64,000 bases of DNA from an uncultured archaeon (GTDB lineage Archaea > Hadarchaeota > Hadarchaeia > Hadarchaeales > WYZ-LMO6): the NCBI GenBank assembly GCA_938074535.1, contig CALJER010000016.1, positions 7,816 through 71,815 of the forward strand, read 5' to 3'. The notes below the pieces were generated by a model. That model was not told the origin of the DNA. It did not search any database and was given only the letters and a program-made list of their open reading frames with translations. Positions within the stretch are counted from its first letter, which is position 1. Every line of letters starts with the position of its first letter. Both the position numbers and the translations under genes were made by a program. Positions 56,281 through 64,000 of the stretch are shown one piece after another.

Positions 56281-57436
56281 GGGCCATCCTGGTGAGGGCC
56301 CTAGGACCCAGGGAAGTCAGAAGGCGGGGCAGGTTGTGGAAGAAGGGGTCCAGGAGGGTGAGGTGGTGGTCGAAGTCCGCCTTCCTGAGGATTTCCTCCC
56401 GCAGCCTTGGCTCGGCCAGGCACTTCACCAGGGCATCCAGCTCCTCGTCGGAGAGGGCGAGCAGGAGCTTCCTCACCCTCCTCCCCACTGCGAACTCCCT
56501 CCCGAAGCTCCTCTCCACCTCCCTGGGATAGAGCTTCAGCAGGGAAGGGTCCCCCCTCTCCAGGGAAAGGGAGAGGGCCTCGGAGGCCCTGAGGGCACAG
56601 GAGAGGCCCAGGTAGATGCCTCCACCGGTGAGGGGCTTAACCTGGCAGGCCGCGTCCCCGACCAGGAGAACGGACCCCCCCACCAAGCGTTTGGGTGGAT
56701 CGTAGGGGATGAGACCGAAAGAAAGCTTACCCGGTTCGCCCCTCACGCGCGGTGAGAGGAGCCTGAGAAGGGAGCGCAGTCCCCTGCCAGGATCCCCCTT
56801 CAAAGTCCCCGTTCCCACCCTCACCACGTCGCCGGCAGGGACCAGCCACCCGAACAGCCCCACGCTCGAGCTTCCCAGGTACACTTCCGCGGTGTCCGCC
56901 TCCGCCTCCGCCCTCACTTCCACCTGGACGCACCTGATGAACCTCCTCCTGCCCATCATCCCGCTCCTCCTGGCCACGGTGGAAGTGGGTCCATCCGCCC
57001 CCGCCAGTGTCCTGGTCCTCACCTCGCCCTCCCTTTTCCCTGCCAGCCCCACCACCGGATTCCTCCTGCCTTTCACCTCCACGCAGCGCGTTCCAAGCTC
57101 CACCTCCGCGCCCGCCTCGGAGGCCCGCTCGGCCAGGTGCCTGTCGAAAGCGCTTCGGTCCAGCACCAGGGCCTCCGTCCTTCCCCTGTCCAGCTCCAGG
57201 ACCTCCCCTGAGGGGGAGAAGATCAGCCCCCTCCTGAGCTTGTTGAGGGCGAACTTTTCCGCCCTGAGTCCCAGCTCCCTCATCCCCGCCACCCCCACCA
57301 CCCCCGCACAGGAGACGGGCTTTCCTATCTGAGCGTGCTCCTCCACCAGCAGCACCTCAAAACCTTTCCTAGCCACCCTCTCGGCCAGGAAGCAGCCGCA
57401 GGGGCCCCCTCCCACCACCACCAGGTCCTTCCTCAT
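56243..57436 (-). CDS. Geranylgeranyl reductase family flavoprotein
   Basis: Internal ATG (MRKDLVVVGGGPCGC) of track ORF 56243..57457. FAD-binding GxGxxG. The 3' end overlaps argF by 38 nt (convergent). Confidence 0.8.
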   Translation of the reverse strand: MRKDLVVVGGGPCGCFLAERVARKGFEVLLVEEHAQIGKPVSCAGVVGVAGMRELGLRAEKFALNKLRRGLIFSPSGEVLELDRGRTEALVLDRSAFDRHLAERASEAGAEVELGTRCVEVKGRRNPVVGLAGKREGEVRTRTLAGADGPTSTVARRSGMMGRRRFIRCVQVEVRAEAEADTAEVYLGSSSVGLFGWLVPAGDVVRVGTGTLKGDPGRGLRSLLRLLSPRVRGEPGKLSFGLIPYDPPKRLVGGSVLLVGDAACQVKPLTGGGIYLGLSCALRASEALSLSLERGDPSLLKLYPREVERSFGREFAVGRRVRKLLLALSDEELDALVKCLAEPRLREEILRKADFDHHLTLLDPFFHNLPRLLTSLGPRALTRMALKGMIGPDLREV

Positions 57437-57487
57437 CCCATCCCTTTCCCACCCCAAACCTTAAGAGAGACGCGTGGGAGGGAAGGT

Positions 57488-57844
57488 GTGATAGGTACCC
57501 TCCTCTACGGAGTGGCGGGCGTGCTGGCCCTCCTCATACCCGGCCTGCTGCTGAGCCTGGTGGCCTATCCGGGGAAGGGGCAGCTCGATCTTCCCTCCAG
57601 GATGGCGGTGAGTTTTGGACTGGGGGTCCTCCTCAACGCATATCTGGTTCTCCTCCTGGGCAGGGTCAACCTCCTCTCCGCTTCCCCCTTCTCCCTCTCC
57701 CTCCTGCTCCTCTGCGCTGGGTTGTGTGCGCTGGCGCTCCTGAGGGGTGCTTACCTCCTCTCACCCCTCAGGAGGCTCCTCGTAAGGCCCAGGAGGGGAA
57801 CCCCCGTATCCGGGGAGGGACCGGCCGAGGCGGGGGGAAGCTGA
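57488..57844 (+). CDS. Hypothetical small membrane protein
   Basis: In-frame GTG within track ORF 57335..57844. Three hydrophobic helices (VIGTLLYGVAGVLALLIPGLLLSLV...). Confidence 0.4.
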   Translation: MIGTLLYGVAGVLALLIPGLLLSLVAYPGKGQLDLPSRMAVSFGLGVLLNAYLVLLLGRVNLLSASPFSLSLLLLCAGLCALALLRGAYLLSPLRRLLVRPRRGTPVSGEGPAEAGGS

Positions 57845-58023
57845 TGGCAGGCATACCCGAGAACTACCGCAGCTACCTCATCTATCAGGTCCTGCAGGGG
57901 ACCAGGTTCTCCAAGTTCTTGAGGGAGAGGTACGGTCTGACGGTGGAGGACTACGAGCGGATGGAGGAAGGCAGAAGGAAGGAAGTCTGGGAGGAGTTCC
58001 TGAAGTACTGCGGTAAGAAGTGA
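57844..58023 (+). CDS. Hypothetical 59-aa helical protein
   Basis: Internal ATG of track ORF 57724..58023, overlapping the previous stop (TGATG). Product is MAGIPENYRSYLIYQVLQGTRFSKFLRERYGLTVEDYERMEEGRRKEVWEEFLKYCGKK. Confidence 0.4.
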   Translation: MAGIPENYRSYLIYQVLQGTRFSKFLRERYGLTVEDYERMEEGRRKEVWEEFLKYCGKK

Positions 58024-58039
58024 TCTCCCCGGGGATGGG

Positions 58040-58981
58040 ATGGGAAAGAGGGTGCTTCTGGACATGGATCCGGGGATAGACGACGCACTGGCCCTTCTCC
58101 TGGCCCTCAAATCCCCGGAGCTGGAGGTCAGGGCCATCACCACCGTGGCGGGAAACGTGGAGGTGGAGAAGACCACCAGGAATGCCCTCAGGATTCTTGA
58201 GTACCTGGGCCTGGAAACCCCTCCGGTGGTCATGGGCAGCGACCGTCCGCTGGTCCGGGAGCTCTTCACGGCCAAACATGTGCACGGGCAGGACGGATTG
58301 GGGGGCCTTCCCCTCCCCGAACCAGGGCTCAGCCCCCTGCCAGGGAGGGCGGAGGAGGTGATGGCCGAAGAGGTGGAGAGGGGAGAAAAGACGACGCTGG
58401 TGTGCACGGGCCCCCTCACCAACCTCGCCCTGGCCCTGCAGAAGCATCCGGGGATGGCCAGAAGGGTGGAAAAAGTGGTGGTGATGGGCGGGGCTTACGG
58501 CCTCTCCGCCTACGGGTGCGGGAACGTTACTCCCGTGGCAGAGTACAACTTTTACGTGGACCCTGAAGCGGCCGATCTGGTCCTCGGGTCTGGTGCCCCC
58601 CTCCTCTGCGTGGGATTGGACGTGACCATGGATCCCGCGGCCATGCTGTCGGAGGAAGAGTACAAGGAGCTGAGAAGAGGCAAAACTAGGGAAGCAAGAC
58701 TGGCGGCGGAACTCCTGAAGCCGATGATGAGGAGGTTCGGCCGGGTGGCCCTGCACGATCCCATGGCGCTGGCTGCCGTGCTGAGGCCAGGACTCTTCAG
58801 GACGGGAAAGCACCGTGTGAGGGTGGAGACCAGGGGGGAACTCACTAGAGGACAGGCGGTGGTGGACAGGAGGAGCTTTGTTCTTCCCGGGGAGGAATGG
58901 GAGGGGTACGAGGCGAGGGTCTGCGAGAAAGTGGACGGAAAAGGTTTCCTGCGGTTCTTCCTGGAGAGGCTGATGGAGTGA
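58040..58981 (+). CDS. Nucleoside hydrolase (IUNH family)
   Basis: ORF track 313 aa. LDMDPGIDDALAL signature and TTVAGN. Confidence 0.9.
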   Translation: MGKRVLLDMDPGIDDALALLLALKSPELEVRAITTVAGNVEVEKTTRNALRILEYLGLETPPVVMGSDRPLVRELFTAKHVHGQDGLGGLPLPEPGLSPLPGRAEEVMAEEVERGEKTTLVCTGPLTNLALALQKHPGMARRVEKVVVMGGAYGLSAYGCGNVTPVAEYNFYVDPEAADLVLGSGAPLLCVGLDVTMDPAAMLSEEEYKELRRGKTREARLAAELLKPMMRRFGRVALHDPMALAAVLRPGLFRTGKHRVRVETRGELTRGQAVVDRRSFVLPGEEWEGYEARVCEKVDGKGFLRFFLERLME

Positions 58982-59925
58982 TCCCTAAGATAGCGGTGGT
59001 GGGTAGCCTGCACGTGGACCTCCTCCTGAGGACGGAGAGGCTGCCCCATCCCGGCGAAACTTTGCTGGGGAAAGAACTGAGGATGGGGATGGGAGGGAAG
59101 GGCGCCAACCAGGCGGTGGCCGCCGCCAGGCTGGGGGCAAAGGTCTGGATGGTGGGAAGGGTGGGGAGGGACGAGTACGGGAAGAAAATGGTGGAGAACC
59201 TGAGGAGGAACGGGGTGGAGGTCTCCCACGTCAGGGTAAACGGGAGACCCTCAGGCATGGCCTTCATCTTCGTGGACAGGAGGGGGGAGAACCTCATAGG
59301 GGTATACCCAGGGGCGGACGAAGGCTGTGGCGTGGAGGACGTGGAAGGGGCGAGATCGGTCCTCCGGAAGGCGGACCTCCTCCTCACCCAGCTGGAGCTG
59401 CCCCTGCCCACGGTGGAGAGGGCGCTGGAAGTGGCTGCGGAGGAGGGGAAAAAGAAGGTGCTGAACCTGGCTCCCTCCAGGCCTCTTTCCCCGGGCGCTT
59501 GGAAGGGGATAGACGTGTTGGTGGCCAACGAGGGGGAAGCCCGTCGGGCAGTGGGGAGGGGAAGGGTGAGGGACCTGGCGGAGAGGCTGAGGAGGAAAGG
59601 TCCTGAGGCGGTGGTCATCACCCTAGGGGAGAGGGGCTCCTACCTCATGACGGGAGAGGGGGGTAGAAGGGTGGAGGGGGTGAAGGTCAGGGTGAAGGAC
59701 ACCACGGGTGCAGGGGACGCCTTTTGCGGGGCTCTGGCCGTAGCCCTGGCCTCCGGGAGACCGCTGGAAGAGGCCGTACTATGGGCCAACTGCGCCGGGG
59801 CCCTGGCCACCACTAGGGTTGGGGCCCAGGAGGCACTTCCCTCCCGGGAGGAGGTGGACCGTCTTTTCCGGAGACTGGTGAGTGAAAAATTTAAGGGGGG
59901 AGGAAAAGAGGGGTTGGGCCCGTAG
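58978..59925 (+). CDS. rbsK: Ribokinase / PfkB-family sugar kinase
   Basis: In-frame GTG within track ORF 58897..59925; GTGA overlap with the hydrolase stop. GGKGANQAVAAARLG and DTTGAGDAF motifs. Confidence 0.85.
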   Translation: MIPKIAVVGSLHVDLLLRTERLPHPGETLLGKELRMGMGGKGANQAVAAARLGAKVWMVGRVGRDEYGKKMVENLRRNGVEVSHVRVNGRPSGMAFIFVDRRGENLIGVYPGADEGCGVEDVEGARSVLRKADLLLTQLELPLPTVERALEVAAEEGKKKVLNLAPSRPLSPGAWKGIDVLVANEGEARRAVGRGRVRDLAERLRRKGPEAVVITLGERGSYLMTGEGGRRVEGVKVRVKDTTGAGDAFCGALAVALASGRPLEEAVLWANCAGALATTRVGAQEALPSREEVDRLFRRLVSEKFKGGGKEGLGP

Positions 59926-59993
59926 CTTAGCATGGTTAGAGCGCTCGGCTGATAACCGGGAGGTCCTGGGTTCAAATCCCAGCGGGCCCACCA
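59916..59993 (+). tRNA. tRNA-Ile (anticodon GAU) with encoded CCA
   Basis: Manual cloverleaf. Acceptor stem: GGGCCCG pairs with CGGGCCC. D stem: GCUU pairs with GAGC. Anticodon stem: CUCGG pairs with CCGGG. Anticodon loop: CUGAUAA. T stem: CUGGG pairs with CCCAG. T loop: UUCAAAU. Discriminator A, then CCA at 59991-59993. Confidence 0.9.
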
Positions 59994-60087
59994 TCATCCA
60001 ACCGGAGGAAGAGAGAACGGTACTTCAACGGGACCCCTCAGAAAAGCGATCCGCAGGATTTATAGGGATATCGAATTTTGGTCGACG

Positions 60088-60093
60088 AAAAAA
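60088..60093 (-). terminator. T6 tract (minus sense), candidate archaeal terminator
   Basis: GGATCTTTTTTCG on the minus strand, about 30 nt downstream of the stop (60123-60125) of the zinc-ribbon reading frame. Confidence 0.35.
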
Positions 60094-60122
60094 GATCCAA
60101 GGGGAAATGGTCAAATAGTGCC

Positions 60123-60429
60123 TTAAACCCTTTCGGAGGCGAGTCTCGGCGGGACCGCTATCATCTTCCGTGCGCCCTTTCTTCCTTGGCCCGCTAGAGC
60201 ATGAAGTTCAGCCCCCGGTCCACCACAGAGGGGGCACACGTACAGACTGTTCTGTTTCTCCTGGAAAGGGTAGTACACTATGGTGCTGTGACATCTCCGG
60301 CACCTTATGCCGGTTAACCCCGCTCCCCCGTTCCCCGCTCCCGCCCTCCCAAAGAACTTAGAATCCGTGCTTCCGGGTTCTTCCCTACCCCCATAAGCTC
60401 CACGCGGGTTTGGTTAACCCCCCTCTCAT
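60123..60429 (-). pseudogene. Small CPxCG-type zinc-ribbon ORF, interrupted by a 1-nt frame problem or lacking a canonical start
   Basis: Manual reading: a 97-codon open frame encodes ...IRCRRCHSTIVYYPFQEKQNSLYVCPLCGGPGAELHAL... The only ATG (60429-60427, after GGGGAGG) is in another frame. Removing one C from the C5 run at 60388-60392 joins them. Confidence 0.35.
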
Positions 60430-60573
60430 CCTCCCCTTAGCCATTTGAGTCAAAGTTTTTGTATTAACTAAGGCGGGTGTATAGTGTGGTACATTTTTGT
60501 GGATATCTAATTTGGTGCTCAACCGGCACATCCACCCACATCAGGATTTATCCACCAAACTTGGGTCGCCACC

Positions 60574-61128
60574 TCATCCCAGGGAAAAGGTCCTGAGATC
60601 CTCGTAAATCGGGCCCCTGGGCGTGAGCACGCTTTTCTTCAGATGGACCTCCCTCACCTCCATCCTTCCAAACTCTTCCTTCCCTCCCTCCTCCACCGCC
60701 CTCAGGAACTCCCCCCTGTTCTTCACGTTCTTCACCCTTGCCAGCGTCAGGTGTGGGACGAACTCCGGGTCCCTGGGAAAGCCCAGCCTCCCCAGCTCCC
60801 TGTCCACGCCCCTCTGCAAGGAGGAGACCTTCTCCCATCCCTCCCCCACCCCGGCCCACACCACCCTCACGTACTGCGGACTGGGGAAGACCCCTGTTCC
60901 CTTCACTTCCATCGTGAAGGGGAAAACTCCCGAACACCCGCGCCGCAGGGCCTCCTCCACCTCCCCCAACCTCCCCTCCTCCACCTCCCCCAGGAACTTC
61001 AGGGTGAGGTGCAGGTTCTCCGGCTCCACCAGCTTGAGGGAGGCCCATCCCCGAAGGAGTTTCCGCTGGAACCTCTCCAGTCTCTCCCGTACCTCCTCGC
61101 TTATCTCCAGGGCAACGAAGGTTCTCAT
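60574..61128 (-). CDS. thpR: RNA 2',3'-cyclic phosphodiesterase (2H family, ThpR/LigT)
   Basis: ORF track 184 aa, with two HxT motifs (HLTLKF and HLTLAR). Confidence 0.88.
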   Translation of the reverse strand: MRTFVALEISEEVRERLERFQRKLLRGWASLKLVEPENLHLTLKFLGEVEEGRLGEVEEALRRGCSGVFPFTMEVKGTGVFPSPQYVRVVWAGVGEGWEKVSSLQRGVDRELGRLGFPRDPEFVPHLTLARVKNVKNRGEFLRAVEEGGKEEFGRMEVREVHLKKSVLTPRGPIYEDLRTFSLG

Positions 61129-61137
61129 CCTTCTTCC

Positions 61138-64000
<2,863 letters not shown>

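Noticed and set aside
60000-60570. Considered RNase P RNA or a C/D box sRNA in the tRNA-adjacent gap
   Set aside because: An ACAGAACAG segment (minus strand) weakly recalls the RNase P CR-V region, but I found no GAGGAAAGUCC-type CR-I partner. A GAUGAUA segment has no matching CUGA D box at the right spacing. The same sequence reads well as a zinc-ribbon coding frame.

Overview
Visibly GC-rich, densely coding archaeal chromosomal segment: about 80 protein genes, one tRNA and one probable SRP (7S) RNA. I saw no rRNA, CRISPR array, transposase or integrase. Archaeal origin is supported by the exosome/proteasome superoperon (L15e, DUF54, Pop5, PsmA, SBDS, Rrp4, Rrp41, Rrp42, L37Ae, RpoP, Pcc1, prefoldin beta), aIF2-beta, Cgi121, Cdc48, deoxyhypusine synthase and a Trm11-type tRNA methyltransferase. 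Glu/Arg/Leu/Val-rich proteins suggest a thermophile; I cannot assign a taxon without a search. Most of the window is core metabolism: ilvBNC-ilvD-leuCDB, argH-argG plus a second argG-argCJBDF cluster, purN-purD, ilvE, prs, and nucleoside hydrolase with ribokinase. Also present are an iron module (DtxR/FeoA-feoB-ferredoxin, with a palindromic operator) and a nickel module (nikR divergent from cooC-nudix-MBL). Many neighbouring genes overlap by ATGA, GTGA or TGATG, and several starts are consistent with leaderless transcripts from a TATA box about 25-30 nt upstream. Points worth follow-up: (1) an uncharacterised four-gene envelope cluster at 476-2888; (2) a deacetylase-like gene coupled to a radical SAM gene with a Cx4Cx2C motif; (3) an unannotated structured RNA in the 415-nt gap at 18.0-18.4 kb; (4) an RNase Z gene with no ATG/GTG/TTG start but a strong SD followed by CTG; (5) a MoaD/ThiS-like protein without a terminal Gly-Gly; (6) two full-length ArgG paralogs; (7) an N-terminally short L15e coupled to a SerA-like gene; (8) an AT-rich spacer with 9-nt repeats inside the ilv cluster; (9) a tRNA-adjacent non-coding stretch with a frameshifted CPxCG zinc-ribbon ORF. 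The many long G/P/R/H-rich ORFs in the track are antisense or off-frame shadows of real genes. All functional calls rest on motif and family recognition by eye; nothing was searched or computed.
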